DNA from: an uncultured Porphyromonadaceae bacterium
GTDB taxonomy: Bacteria; Bacteroidota; Bacteroidia; Bacteroidales; Porphyromonadaceae
Direction: 5' to 3'
Length of the DNA stretch: 64,000 nt
NCBI GenBank assembly: GCA_963526345.1
Contig: CAURNJ010000002.1
Location: 54,900-118,899, forward strand
The notes beneath the pieces were generated by a model that was not told the DNA's origin, made no database searches, and was given only the letters and a program-made list of their open reading frames with translations. How positions within the stretch are numbered: the stretch's first letter is position 1; each line of letters opens with the position of its first letter. Below are positions 49,063 through 59,048 of the stretch, piece after piece. The position numbers and the translations under genes are program-made.

Positions 49063-49258
49063 ATAGGATATGGAGTGGGCGATGTCCTCCGAACGATCCT
49101 TGAGGCATCAACACCTCAATGCGAAGGTATCGCAAATAGCACGAATGTAAAGCTATCTAATTTAGAAGAAGCCCCTAATATCGTCCTCTATTTCGTCCTC
49201 CACCCAATCAAGATGTCGACCAAACCATTAGAAATGAATGAGGTTATAAAATCGGTTG

Positions 49259-49330
49259 TACCCCCGAGCAGAATCGAACTGCTATCTAAAATTTAGGAAA
49301 TTCTTGTTCTATCCGTTGAACTACGAGGGC
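49259..49330 (-). tRNA. tRNA-Arg (anticodon CCT)
   Basis: GCCCTCGTAGTTCAACGGATAGAACAAGAATTTCCTAAATTTTAGATAGCAGTTCGATTCTGCTCGGGGGTA folds as a cloverleaf; anticodon loop TT-CCT-AA. Confidence 0.95.
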
Positions 49331-49374
49331 GCATCTCCTGCTGCGTGAAGACGGACTTGCGCTGAGATGTGGCG

Positions 49375-49382
49375 CAAAGATA
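49375..49382 (-). promoter_or_regulatory. sigma-A -7 box (TATCTTTG) of tRNA-Arg
   Basis: TAnnTTTG about 45 bp upstream of the tRNA 5' end. Confidence 0.7.
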
Positions 49383-49419
49383 GTGAATTTATGCTTGCAC
49401 CTTGAGGGCGACAGGAAGG

Positions 49420-50208
49420 TTAGAGGCGGAAGAAATAGTTCAGCGTCGCCCCGAAGTACATCTCCGACGACTGGACGTAAGTCGAGCCTCGCTTAGTGCT
49501 CCAGAGGTTGCCCAAGCCGTAGACGAAGCGACCTTCCAGCTCGATGCGCTGCCGTTCACCTAAGGCGAGGCTGATACCTGGCCCCCCACCGAGTCCCCAG
49601 AAGAGACGATCACGCGCCGCGATTCCATGGCGTGTAATATCTGTGGTGGACATATTCGCCTCACCCTCGATCGTGGCACTTTCGCCAAGGAGATAACCAA
49701 AGAAAGGACCAGCATTGACGAAGAAACGCAGGTCATCTGAGCGCAGATAGAGGTGCGTCAGCAGAGGTAGCTCCAAGTAATCTAAGTGCCGAGAATAGCT
49801 GGTATGCAGCGGGTCATAACGCTCTTGCCATCCTCCACGGCGGTAGTTCAGCTCAGCTTGCAGTGAAGCACCACGCTCCACATCATAGCGTGCAGAGATA
49901 CCAACTACAGGGCCTGTATGCAGGCGCAGACGCACCGAGGGAACGAAGATGAAGCGACTGGCTGTCATCCCTCCCCTTACCCCGATGGAGACGGACTGGG
50001 AGAAGGATGCCTGCTCGGTCTGCGCATATCCCTTCTCGCTAGCCAAGAGCGAGAAGAGGCCAAAGAGCAGGAGGCTGTGACAGAGGCGACTAATGGGCTT
50101 CACGAGTGATAACGCCTGTGTTGGGATAGTGTACGAAGAAGAAGCGCGTATTGGTGTACACGTTCGTCCCTTCGCCTCGCTGGAGGTAGAAGTCCAGCTG
50201 AAGCCCAT
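49420..50208 (-). CDS. PorT-family/OMP beta-barrel protein (true start probably near 50103)
   Basis: Signal peptide, SIGVRGG, LQAELNY, LDYLELPLL, FVNAGP, terminal aromatic YFFRL. Confidence 0.8.
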   Translation of the reverse strand: MGFSWTSTSSEAKGRTCTPIRASSSYTIPTQALSLVKPISRLCHSLLLFGLFSLLASEKGYAQTEQASFSQSVSIGVRGGMTASRFIFVPSVRLRLHTGPVVGISARYDVERGASLQAELNYRRGGWQERYDPLHTSYSRHLDYLELPLLTHLYLRSDDLRFFVNAGPFFGYLLGESATIEGEANMSTTDITRHGIAARDRLFWGLGGGPGISLALGERQRIELEGRFVYGLGNLWSTKRGSTYVQSSEMYFGATLNYFFRL

Positions 50209-51598
50209 CCGAAGGGATCGAGCTCATGCTACTGATGAAGCTACGTCCATACATCGAATAGGCGCGGATGAAGTAGCGCGCTAAGTCATAGCCGAGCACG
50301 CTGTACTTAGGATAGGAGTTGCTCACCTTGTGGCTAAACCATCCCGTGAACTGGCTCAGGAAGGCCTTCGACTCGGGGAGGGTGGGATCGAAGAAGAAGG
50401 TCGAGTAGATGGTCGTATTGTAGCGACGCAGTTGCTGCTGGAACTGGGAGCCATAGGCCTGCCACTGGGGATGTCCAAAGAGCGTAATACCTCCAGCTCG
50501 ATTGCCTATAGCAGCCATAGTAGCCAAGGCCAGGTTGCGATCAGGTGAGATGGGTACGATGACAGCATCCGAGGAGAGTCCTCCGACCAGTCCGCTACCG
50601 ACTTGGATGGAGCGGAAGGGTAAGCCAGCGTGACTCAGCTCCGAGCGCAGCTGGGTGACAAAGCCGTCTTCGCTGTCCCCTGGGCGTGAGGCGAAGATGA
50701 CTTCACGCCCCTTGTACTTCTGCAGGAAGGCAGGGATGACACGATCGATAATGGTAGAGGTGTGAGCGTTCGTCAGCACCACACGACCATCGCCCGACTC
50801 CAGTTTGTGGGTCTTACTGAAGGGGATGATGTAGTAATTATACCCCGAAGCGGCTGCGATAGCACGAATCTGTCCTTCGGTGACGCCACCGATGACGAGG
50901 TCTTTTCCTCGAAGGCTTCCAGCCTCGATGTAGGCATCCATAGCTTCATCATTGGGGACATCAAGGGTGGTGAGTTGCATGGAGATACCTGCTTTCTTCA
51001 GCTGATACATACCCAGCAGGAAGCCCTCGTAGAACTCTACAAAGTGCTTGTCCTTCTTCAGAGGCAGGAGCATCAGGATGCGTGTCTGCGCTTGTGCTAC
51101 CTGTGAGGGCTGGGAGCTATCATTCTCCTCGCTCTTCGTGGGAGCTACAGACGTGGTGCTATCATCCTTAGCCGAAGGAATGATGAGCTCCATCCCCACC
51201 TGTACGGAGGAGGAGGTCAAGCCTGGGTTAGCACGGAGCAGATCCGCCAAATCAATACCATAGGTACGGCTGATACCATAGAGCGTCTCCCCATTCGCCA
51301 CTCGATGCTTCTTGCCTTTGGTAGGCGTAGTGCTGGTGGGAGAGGCAGATGAAGTAGCAGGAGTCGAGGGGATAAGGAGCTTATCACCGACCTTTATTTG
51401 CTGGCGTGCCCAAGGATTGAGCTCGTAGAGCTTATCGATAGCGACACCGTAGCGGCGAGCGATGCTGTACACGGTCTCTTCACGCTGCACCTCGTGCTCG
51501 CGGATGCGTCGTCCACTCTGTGCGCTACTACCTATATATATAAGGAGTGCCGCAGAGAGGGTGAGCAGGGTGCGACGACAAGTATCGGAGAGGGTCAT
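50090..51598 (-). CDS. LysM-domain protein with C-terminal periplasmic-binding-protein-like domain
   Basis: Two LysM motifs (HEVQREETVYSIARRYGV, HRVANGETLYGISRTYGI); EFYEGFLLG, GYDLARYF; start at MTLS 51598, with a TACCTTTG box at 51633-51640. Confidence 0.85.
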   Translation of the reverse strand: MTLSDTCRRTLLTLSAALLIYIGSSAQSGRRIREHEVQREETVYSIARRYGVAIDKLYELNPWARQQIKVGDKLLIPSTPATSSASPTSTTPTKGKKHRVANGETLYGISRTYGIDLADLLRANPGLTSSSVQVGMELIIPSAKDDSTTSVAPTKSEENDSSQPSQVAQAQTRILMLLPLKKDKHFVEFYEGFLLGMYQLKKAGISMQLTTLDVPNDEAMDAYIEAGSLRGKDLVIGGVTEGQIRAIAAASGYNYYIIPFSKTHKLESGDGRVVLTNAHTSTIIDRVIPAFLQKYKGREVIFASRPGDSEDGFVTQLRSELSHAGLPFRSIQVGSGLVGGLSSDAVIVPISPDRNLALATMAAIGNRAGGITLFGHPQWQAYGSQFQQQLRRYNTTIYSTFFFDPTLPESKAFLSQFTGWFSHKVSNSYPKYSVLGYDLARYFIRAYSMYGRSFISSMSSIPSDGLQLDFYLQRGEGTNVYTNTRFFFVHYPNTGVITREAH

Positions 51599-51667
51599 CT
51601 GTCTGTATATCTTCTTATGAATGAATATAGGGCAAAGGTACTTAATCGTGTGCAATATGCCGTTGCG

Positions 51668-52720
51668 TTAGTCTGGAGTGCTCACGTAGTCCGTGACTCC
51701 AGAGGTGGTGAAGGTCGCCATCTCACGGAGCATACGCACGGCGGAGTCTAATATCGGGAAGGCGCATATAGCCCCTGTGCCTTCGCCCAGGCGCATCCCA
51801 AGATGCAGGATGGGGTCGGCGTGCAGGGCGCGTAGCAAGCGTGCGTGCCCCGCTTCGTCCCCTACGTGCCCGTAGAAGGCATAGTCCGTCACCGCTGGGT
51901 GTAAGGCGCGCGCCATCAGGAGGCAAGCCGTCATGATGAAGCCATCGACGAGGAAGGCAATACCTAACTCGGCAGCACGAAGCATAGCCCCCACCGTAGC
52001 AACCATCTCGTAGCCCCCGAAGTGACGGAGGATAGAGGGCGCATCTGTCGCTCCGTGGTAGTTCGCTACCGCTTGGCGTAGGATGGAGAGCTTATGCTGT
52101 AGCCCCGTGTCGTCCAGACCGCTGCCCCGACCCACGCAGTCCTCGAGGGGGATGTCGGTGAGGAAGTACATCCAGAGTGCGGAGGTGGAGGTATTGGCAA
52201 TGCCCATCTCCCCGAAGGAAAGGAGCTTACATCCACGCTGGGCAGCCTCATCGACGCACGCCACTCCGATACTCATCGCTTGGTCTACCTCTCGCTCCGT
52301 CATCGCTGACTCGTGGAGGAAGGAGCGTGTGCCTCGGCGGATCTTGCGATGGATGAGGCGACTGCCCTCGAGGGGGAAGTCGTGATCCACCCCGACATCC
52401 ACGATGTGCAGGGCAAAGTCATGCTGACGGCAGAGGAAGCAGATGCCTGCTCCACCACGCAGCATACTCTCGACGACCTGACGAGTGACCTCACGGGGGC
52501 TCTTGCTCACCCCCTCACGCTCGATACCGTGGTCTGCGGCAAAGACGAAGTGCTCACGAGGAGAGAGCGTGGGCTGAAGGGTATCCTGGATAGCGGCTAA
52601 GCGTGCAGCGAGAGATTCGAGCTTGCCCATAGAGCCCAAGGGCTTGGCGATCTGATCGATGTAGCACTGCGCACGATAGATTTCTTCCTCGCGGATGGGG
52701 TGGATGTCGAAGGCTTGCAT
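51668..52720 (-). CDS. cobT: Nicotinate-nucleotide--dimethylbenzimidazole phosphoribosyltransferase
   Basis: KPLGSMGKLE, FAADHG, GEMGIANTS, LGMRLGEGTGA motifs. Confidence 0.96.
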   Translation of the reverse strand: MQAFDIHPIREEEIYRAQCYIDQIAKPLGSMGKLESLAARLAAIQDTLQPTLSPREHFVFAADHGIEREGVSKSPREVTRQVVESMLRGGAGICFLCRQHDFALHIVDVGVDHDFPLEGSRLIHRKIRRGTRSFLHESAMTEREVDQAMSIGVACVDEAAQRGCKLLSFGEMGIANTSTSALWMYFLTDIPLEDCVGRGSGLDDTGLQHKLSILRQAVANYHGATDAPSILRHFGGYEMVATVGAMLRAAELGIAFLVDGFIMTACLLMARALHPAVTDYAFYGHVGDEAGHARLLRALHADPILHLGMRLGEGTGAICAFPILDSAVRMLREMATFTTSGVTDYVSTPD

Positions 52721-52753
52721 TGTCGTAGTAGTAAGGTAAAAAGAGGGTAAAAA

Positions 52754-53266
52754 TCACCCCTTGACGGAGAGCGGAAGTCCACTGACCATCAGGGTGACGC
52801 GGTCAGCGCGAGCAGCGACATACTGGTTCATCCAGCCCTGTAGCTGGGTGAAGAGTCGCTGCGTGCGTGATTCGGAGACGCCGCCCATCCCCAGTTCGTT
52901 GGTGACGAAGATGAAGGTAGCGTCCTGCTGGACGAGGGTGTCAAACTCCTGCTTGAGGGCTGTGAGTGCGCTGTCAATGTCCTCTTTCATATCGAAGAAG
53001 TAGTTGGTCGCCCAGAGTGTGATGCAGTCCACGAGGATGACACGGCCAGAGAGGTCGTGCTGCGAAAGCTGGGTGTCCTCCTCGATATTCGTCCACTCAG
53101 GGCCACGTCGCTCTTGGTGGCGGAGGATGCGCTGGCGGAACTCTTCATCCCAGATACGAGCGGTGGCTAAGTACACAGGATGGGGGCTAAGACGCAGGGC
53201 TTCGCTCTCAGCGTAGGTGCTCTTGCCCGATCGTTCGCCTCCCGTGATTAGGTGAATGTAGCTCAT
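52754..53266 (-). CDS. cobU: Adenosylcobinamide kinase / phosphate guanylyltransferase
   Basis: GGERSGKS P-loop, RILRHQERR, VDCITLWATN, VTNELGMG. Confidence 0.95.
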   Translation of the reverse strand: MSYIHLITGGERSGKSTYAESEALRLSPHPVYLATARIWDEEFRQRILRHQERRGPEWTNIEEDTQLSQHDLSGRVILVDCITLWATNYFFDMKEDIDSALTALKQEFDTLVQQDATFIFVTNELGMGGVSESRTQRLFTQLQGWMNQYVAARADRVTLMVSGLPLSVKG

Positions 53267-53300
53267 AGATAGTCAGGTGATGGTAAGGGTGAATATAGAT

Positions 53301-56300
53301 CTATGCCTTTGTCCCCTCGAGGCGATGCTGAAGAATGTGCTGCAGCACCGTGATGGCAGAGGCAACCGAGGGAATATGATGCACACGGATGATGTGGCGA
53401 CCTGAGCGCTGGACGAACTCGCACTGGCGGCTGTTGCGCGCCACGTACTCAATGAGACGCCCGAAGGTCTCCGAAGCATAGTAGGGACTGGAAGTGTCAG
53501 CGATGAGGTGGAGGCTCATGGCTCCAGCCTTCAGCACGACCTTCTCGATGCCGAGGTGATGCCCCAAGCGGCGCAGTCGGGGGACGCAAATGAGCTCTTC
53601 GGTCTCCTGTGGTGGCGTGCCGAAGCGGTCACGTAGACGAGCGGTGAAGGCCTCCAGCTCGGCATCTTCGCTGAGGCTATCCAGCTCACGATAGAGGAGA
53701 ATACGCTCGCTGTCCGAGGGCACATACTCATCGGGCAGGGCAAGCTCCAAGTCACTCTCCACCTGCGTCTCGACGACGAAGCGGTCAGCCAGCTCACTGC
53801 CGTCACGCTGCTTGTCGTCTTCGGCGTAGACGTGGGCGAACTCGTCCGCCTTCAGCTCTCGGATAGCTTCGGTGAAGACCTTCTGATAAGTCTCGTAGCC
53901 CATGTCGGTGATGAAGCCACTCTGCTCCGCACCGAGGACGTTGCCGGCCCCACGCTGGTCGAGGTCTTGGAGGGCTATGCGGATGCCACTCCCTAAGTCG
54001 CTGAAGCTCTCGATGGCACGCAGACGGCGCTTGGAGTCTTCGCTGAGTCCATCGAGTGGAGGCGTGAGGAGGTAGCAGAAGGCCTTGCGGTCGCTACGCC
54101 CGACACGACCACGGAGCTGGTGCAGCTCGCTGAGCCCGTAGTGATGCGCATCGTGGATCATGATGGTGTTGGCGTTCGGCACGTCAATTCCATTCTCGAT
54201 AATCTTCGTTGCCACCAAGACATCGTACTCGTGATTGCCAAAGTCGATAAGGATCTGCTCCATCTCCTTGGGGGCAAGCTGCCCGTGGGCTACGGCGATA
54301 CGTGCGTCTGGGACTTCGCGCTGGATTAAGGCAGCGAGGTTCTCAATGTTGCTGATGCGGCTATTGACGAAGTACACTTGCCCATTGCGGCTCATCTCGA
54401 AGCTCACCGCCTCACGGATAATTTGTGGAGTCGTCTGCGTGAGGAGGGTCTCCACGGGACGGCGGTTGGCAGGGGGCGTATTGAGGTTCGACAGGTCACG
54501 TGCGCCCATCAGGGAGAACTGGAGGGTACGAGGAATGGGGGTGGCACTCATCGTGAGCGTATCGACATTGACCTGAAGCTGGCGGAGCTTCTCCTTGGTG
54601 GCGACTCCGAACTTCTGCTCTTCGTCGATGATGAGCAGACCGAGATCACGGAAGGCGACATCCTTGCTCGTCAGGCGGTGTGTGCCGATGATGATGTCGA
54701 TCTTCCCCTCTCGTAGGTCGGCGAGGATGGCACGTAGCTCCTTCGGTGTGCGTGCTCGAGAGATGTAATCGATGCGCACAGGGAAGTCCTTCAGACGCTT
54801 GGAGAAGGTGCGGTAATGCTGGTAGGCTAAGACAGTCGTGGGGACGAGGACAGCGACCTGCTTGCCATCGGTAGCGGCCTTGAAGGCAGCACGTACCGCC
54901 ACCTCCGTCTTCCCGAAGCCGACATCACCGCACAGCAGGCGGTCCATCGGGTAGGGACGCTCCATATCCGCCTTGACAGCAGAGACGGCAGCCGCTTGGT
55001 CGGGAGTATCCTCGAAGGCAAACGAAGCCTCGAGTTCGTGCTGGAGGTAGGTGTCGGGGCTGAAGGCAAAGCCCTCCGTCTCGCGCCGCTTGGCGTAGAG
55101 GCGTATGAGGTCACGGGCAATATCCTTGATGCGCTTCTTCGTCCGCTCCTTGATGCGCTGCCATGCTCCCGAGCCGACAGCACTCAGCGTCACCTCCTTA
55201 GCCCCTTCGCTGGAGCGGTAGTGGGAGAGCTTGTGCAGGCTGTGCAGGTTGACGTAGATCGTGTCGTTGTTGCGGTAGATGAGCTTGACGAACTCCTGTA
55301 TATGATCCCCCTGGGGCATACTCACCAGCCCATCGAAGCGACCAATACCGTGGTCGGCATGGACGATGAGGTCGCCACGGCTGAAGCTCTGTAGCTCCTT
55401 CAGCGAGAGTGTGACCTTACCCGAAGAGGCCTTATCGCTACGTAGCGTGTACTTGTGGTAGCGGTCGAAGAGTTCGTGCTCGGTGAGCAGTACCCAGCGA
55501 TGATCTTCGTCGACGAAGCCCTCGTGTAGAGCGAGCGTCACCTCCTCAGGGAGCTCGGCATCGCTAAGACGTGGGGTGAGGATGTCGCGCGCACGCTCGT
55601 GCCCCTCCCGATTAGCGGCACATATATATATGGTATAGCCGTCAGCTTGCCACGTACGTATCTGCGCTGCCAGCCCATCATAGTCCTTGTGAAAGAGGGG
55701 CTGTCGTATGGTGCGGAAGTGCAGGCCTTGGGGGGAAGGCTCGTCCGTCAGTTCGTAGCCAGCGAGGGCTTGAAGCTCAGCGAGGAGCTTCGTAGGCTCG
55801 ATGAGCTTGAGGCGTAGGGCTTCGAGGTCTTCAAAGCCTTCTCCGTCCTGCAAGAGGGGGGCTTCGCTCCACGTCATCTCAAGGCGTGCGCTGAGCGAAC
55901 CACCGCCTGAGAGTAAGAGTTGCGTCCCATCGGGCAGGAGGCTGATGAGGGAGGACAGGTTGCCCTCACCCTGCGACAGGTCGGGACTCAGCGTAATCTC
56001 CGAGAGCTGACGCACGGAGAGCTGGCTGTCGACCTCGAAGCAACGCACGCTCTCCACCTCATCATCGAAGAAATCCAAGCGATAGGGGAGCTCCGAGGCG
56101 AAGGAATAGATATCCACGATGCTCCCACGCAGGGCGAACTGCCCCGGCTCATAGACGTAGTCCACACGCTCGAAGCCCCAGCCGAGGAGCTGGTCACGGA
56201 GCTGGTCTCGCTCGATGACGCTCCCTGGACGCAGGATAAGTGGCTCTTCCTTTGTACTGCTCTCTTGGGGGATCCCTTCCATCAACGCCTCTGGATAGGT

Positions 56301-56699
56301 CACGAGGATGGGGAGAGCTGTCCCTGAGACCGTGGCTGTGCTCATCAGGGCACTGAGTACCATTGAGCGGAGGAGGGCACTTGACTCATCCCGATGTCCG
56401 TAGCGTATGGCACGGCGGTAGGCGGAGGGGAAGAAGAGGACGGCATCCTCACCCACCAATTGGGCTAAGTCGGAGTAGAAGTAGCCCGCCTCTTCTTCGT
56501 CACGCAGTAGAGCTACGAGGGGCGCAGCCTGACGAAGGCGTGGAGCGACGAAGGTACGTGCCGAGCCTACAAGTCCTGAGAGGGTGCATCGGCTATGTGG
56601 AGGAAGGGGCTGGGAGAGAGAAGCTCCTTGGCCTGTGGACTCCGTCAGCAGGGGGAGCTGGAGGGAGCGAAGGGGGGAGGATGTATCTACCTGTTTCAC
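53301..56699 (-). CDS. mfd: Transcription-repair coupling factor Mfd
   Basis: CarD-like RID (VHADHGIGRF), CGDVGFGKTEVA, DEEQKFG, QLRGRVGR, TRCF C-domain. Start moved to GTG 56699 because a TATCTTCG promoter box lies at 56704-56711 and the longer ORF reads through a repeat array. Confidence 0.95.
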   Translation of the reverse strand: MKQVDTSSPLRSLQLPLLTESTGQGASLSQPLPPHSRCTLSGLVGSARTFVAPRLRQAAPLVALLRDEEEAGYFYSDLAQLVGEDAVLFFPSAYRRAIRYGHRDESSALLRSMVLSALMSTATVSGTALPILVTYPEALMEGIPQESSTKEEPLILRPGSVIERDQLRDQLLGWGFERVDYVYEPGQFALRGSIVDIYSFASELPYRLDFFDDEVESVRCFEVDSQLSVRQLSEITLSPDLSQGEGNLSSLISLLPDGTQLLLSGGGSLSARLEMTWSEAPLLQDGEGFEDLEALRLKLIEPTKLLAELQALAGYELTDEPSPQGLHFRTIRQPLFHKDYDGLAAQIRTWQADGYTIYICAANREGHERARDILTPRLSDAELPEEVTLALHEGFVDEDHRWVLLTEHELFDRYHKYTLRSDKASSGKVTLSLKELQSFSRGDLIVHADHGIGRFDGLVSMPQGDHIQEFVKLIYRNNDTIYVNLHSLHKLSHYRSSEGAKEVTLSAVGSGAWQRIKERTKKRIKDIARDLIRLYAKRRETEGFAFSPDTYLQHELEASFAFEDTPDQAAAVSAVKADMERPYPMDRLLCGDVGFGKTEVAVRAAFKAATDGKQVAVLVPTTVLAYQHYRTFSKRLKDFPVRIDYISRARTPKELRAILADLREGKIDIIIGTHRLTSKDVAFRDLGLLIIDEEQKFGVATKEKLRQLQVNVDTLTMSATPIPRTLQFSLMGARDLSNLNTPPANRRPVETLLTQTTPQIIREAVSFEMSRNGQVYFVNSRISNIENLAALIQREVPDARIAVAHGQLAPKEMEQILIDFGNHEYDVLVATKIIENGIDVPNANTIMIHDAHHYGLSELHQLRGRVGRSDRKAFCYLLTPPLDGLSEDSKRRLRAIESFSDLGSGIRIALQDLDQRGAGNVLGAEQSGFITDMGYETYQKVFTEAIRELKADEFAHVYAEDDKQRDGSELADRFVVETQVESDLELALPDEYVPSDSERILLYRELDSLSEDAELEAFTARLRDRFGTPPQETEELICVPRLRRLGHHLGIEKVVLKAGAMSLHLIADTSSPYYASETFGRLIEYVARNSRQCEFVQRSGRHIIRVHHIPSVASAITVLQHILQHRLEGTKA

Positions 56700-56806
56700 A
56701 CTACGAAGATACGGCTTCTCCTCCACGTGAGAAGCCAGCCTGCAGGACAATAGCTGAGGCTCTTCATTCGAGACTCCCCTTATCCTCATCACGAAGTCGG
56801 GCGAGT

Positions 56807-56932
56807 GACCAATAGTGGTCACCTCGCCGATCAGTAGTGGTGAGTAGCACCGACCAGTAGTGGTCGATACCATCGACCACTACTGGTTCACGCACGGACC
56901 AATATAGGTCAGCCCGCCGACCAGTATAGGTT
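56807..56932. repeat. Array of 6 palindromic 14-mers (GACCA-N4-WGGTC-like) with 22-23-bp period
   Basis: Units at 56807 gaccaatagtggtc, 56829 gatcagtagtggtg, 56852 gaccagtagtggtc, 56875 gaccactactggtt, 56897 gaccaatataggtc, 56919 gaccagtataggtt. Confidence 0.85.
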
Positions 56933-57139
56933 GATTTTGTTCCCTCTATTGATTCGCTTCTTTATCTATTATAACTCACCTATTCATAGTGTGCTATTGG
57001 GGGGCTTGTACCTATGGTGATATGGATTTCCAAGAGGGAGGGAGAGGGAGGTCATAGGTGGGAGATCCGATGACGAAGCCCCTACCGAATTTACACGCTT
57101 TTGCTGGTAAATCAAGGATACTTTCTAAATTTGGGAGTT

Positions 57140-58828
57140 ATGATCAAGCGGATTTCTCTAAAATGGGTGGCCGTTATCGCCACCTTCTTCTCCTTCTTCA
57201 CCTCGCTGTGGGCAGGCTCTTCGGATAGCCTTTTGGTAAAGCTCAATCAGACGATCGAGCAGCGTCCATCCTACATGCAGCGCAAGGAGGAAGCCTTAGA
57301 GACCCTGCGAAAGAGCTTGAGTAAGCTGAGTGCAGGGAACGTGGAGGGGCGTATGAACCTCTACGAGGCGCTGTGGCAGGAGAACCGCTCATACAATACC
57401 GACTCCTCGCTCTTTTATGCTACGGCACTCTCCCAGCTGGCTCAGCAGGCAGGCAATGAGGAGCAGAAGCAGAATGCCCTGCTCCATCGGGCTACGGCAC
57501 TGATGACGATCGGGATGTTTAAGGAAGCCTATGAGATCATCAAGCCCCTGCGTGAGGGGGGCATCCTCTCAGGGCAACGTAGCCAGTTCTTCCACCTCGG
57601 TCGAAGCCTCTTCGGTCTCATGGCAGACTATGCCGTGACGGCACAAGAGAAAGCCGCCTATGCCAGCCTCACCGATGACTTCCGCGACTCGCTGCTGACG
57701 ATCTATGAGGCGGGGTCGAATATGTATCGGATGATCTATGCCGATAAGCTGACCGCCCACGGCAAGTATGCCGAGGCCCTACGTGAGCTCCTACCCTTCA
57801 CGCCGACAGGCGATGGGCGCTTCGACGCGGGCTACCACTACACCATCGCTGAGGCCTACTACCACATGGGGCGTATCGAGGAGGCCCGACACTACTACAC
57901 GCTGGCAGCTATCAGCGACATGCAGAGCGACACACGTGAGTACATCGCCCTGCGCAAGCTCGCTGTGATCCTCTTCCAGTCGGGTGACATCGACCGCGCC
58001 TACCACTACCTCACGCTGTGTATGGCCGATGCGAAGGCGTGTAATGCCCGCCTCCGTATCCTCGAGATCCTCGATACCTTCCCCATCGTCAATGAGGCTT
58101 ATCTGGAGAAGAAGCAGCAGCAACAGCGCGTCATCACAGGGGTCCTTATCGCCATCAGCCTCCTTGTCGTGAGCCTCATCTTCGCCATCTTCAGCGTCCT
58201 GAAGCAGAAGAAAGCCCTGCTGCAGGCGCAGACGGATCTGGCGCATGCCAATAGTCAGCTCAATGAGGTCAACCGCACGCTCGTGGAGTACAACGAGGAG
58301 ATGAAGCGGCAGAATCAGCTCATCACCGAGACCTCGTACCTCAAGGAGGCCTACATCACCCAGTACATGGATCAGTGCTCGACTTATCTGGAGAAGATGG
58401 AGAGCTTCCGTAAGCGTCTGCGTCAGCTCCTCAGTGCTGGCAAGACGAAGGAGATCCAGCAGGCCCTCACCTCGTATAATCAGGAGGTCGAGACGGAGCT
58501 GGCAGAGTTCTACGACAGCTTCGACACAACCTTCATCAACCTCTTCCCGACCTTCGTCGAGGACTTCAATGCGCTCCTCCGTGAGGACGAGCAGGTACAG
58601 CTCAAGCCAGGTCAGAAGCTCAATACCGAGCTGCGTGTCTTCGCACTCATCCGTCTCGGCATCACCGACAGCACCAAGATCGCACACTTCCTGCGCTACT
58701 CGGTGACGACGATTTATAACTACCGCACCCGCATGCGTAATCGTGCTCGAGGCGATCGTGACGAGCTCGAGAAGCAGGTCATGGAGATCGGGAAAAAGGC
58801 TCTGAAAGGCGCCAATCCGCCCCAATAA
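57140..58828 (+). CDS. SusR-like (DUF6377) membrane-anchored transcriptional regulator
   Basis: Signal peptide, TPR-like region, TM, coiled coil, C-terminal [47 protein letters not shown] promoter box at 57126-57133 supports ATG 57140. Confidence 0.9.
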   Translation: MIKRISLKWVAVIATFFSFFTSLWAGSSDSLLVKLNQTIEQRPSYMQRKEEALETLRKSLSKLSAGNVEGRMNLYEALWQENRSYNTDSSLFYATALSQLAQQAGNEEQKQNALLHRATALMTIGMFKEAYEIIKPLREGGILSGQRSQFFHLGRSLFGLMADYAVTAQEKAAYASLTDDFRDSLLTIYEAGSNMYRMIYADKLTAHGKYAEALRELLPFTPTGDGRFDAGYHYTIAEAYYHMGRIEEARHYYTLAAISDMQSDTREYIALRKLAVILFQSGDIDRAYHYLTLCMADAKACNARLRILEILDTFPIVNEAYLEKKQQQQRVITGVLIAISLLVVSLIFAIFSVLKQKKALLQAQTDLAHANSQLNEVNRTLVEYNEEMKRQNQLITETSYLKEAYITQYMDQCSTYLEKMESFRKRLRQLLSAGKTKEIQQALTSYNQEVETELAEFYDSFDTTFINLFPTFVEDFNALLREDEQVQLKPGQKLNTELRVFALIRLGITDSTKIAHFLRYSVTTIYNYRTRMRNRARGDRDELEKQVMEIGKKALKGANPPQ

Positions 58829-58947
58829 CCACTACTTTTTTTGTCTATGAAAAGAAGGTAAGTCACTAAGTATCAGCATGGATATTTCCACACCAACTAT
58901 ATACTTAGTACCTCACCCTCTTCGCGTATGCATTTCGTCTATCTTCG
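58826..58947 (+). promoter_or_regulatory. susC upstream regulatory region (putative SusR-type operator and TATCTTCG -7 box at 58940-58947)
   Basis: accactacttttt and related caactatatactt motifs upstream of a -7 box; operator role is inferred. Confidence 0.45.
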
Positions 58948-59048
58948 TTGGCAGCGATCCAGGTGAGCTACGGCTCAGCCACTCATAGCCACTCATCCGA
59001 GCCGCCAGATACCTAACTGTTGGGATAAAAATTCTAACCTACATATCA

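Larger units (their letters stand above)
30521..49270. mobile_element. Prophage remnant integrated in tRNA-Arg(CCT), 13-bp att direct repeat gtacccccgagca
   Basis: Repeat at 30521-30533 and 49258-49270 equals the tRNA 3' end; the left copy carries CCA and a terminator; interior has only phage-like genes; no integrase, capsid or portal seen. Confidence 0.85.

Noticed and set aside
48863..49296. Small + strand ORFs near the tRNA as integrase/excisionase remnants
   Set aside because: No recombinase motifs; they overlap terminators and the tRNA.
56700..56873. 58-aa N-terminal extension of Mfd
   Set aside because: It reads through the palindrome array and lies upstream of a promoter box at 56704-56711; likely an ORF-caller artefact.
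56807..56932. Palindrome arrays (also 3539-3641, 25398-25501) as CRISPR arrays
   Set aside because: Repeats are 14 bp and degenerate, spacers only 8-9 nt, and no cas genes are present in the window.
57791..58825. Long antisense ORFs (344 aa here; also 59541-60560, 27207-27839, 35458-36120)
   Set aside because: Shadow ORFs opposite well-supported genes with high GC3; no independent motifs.
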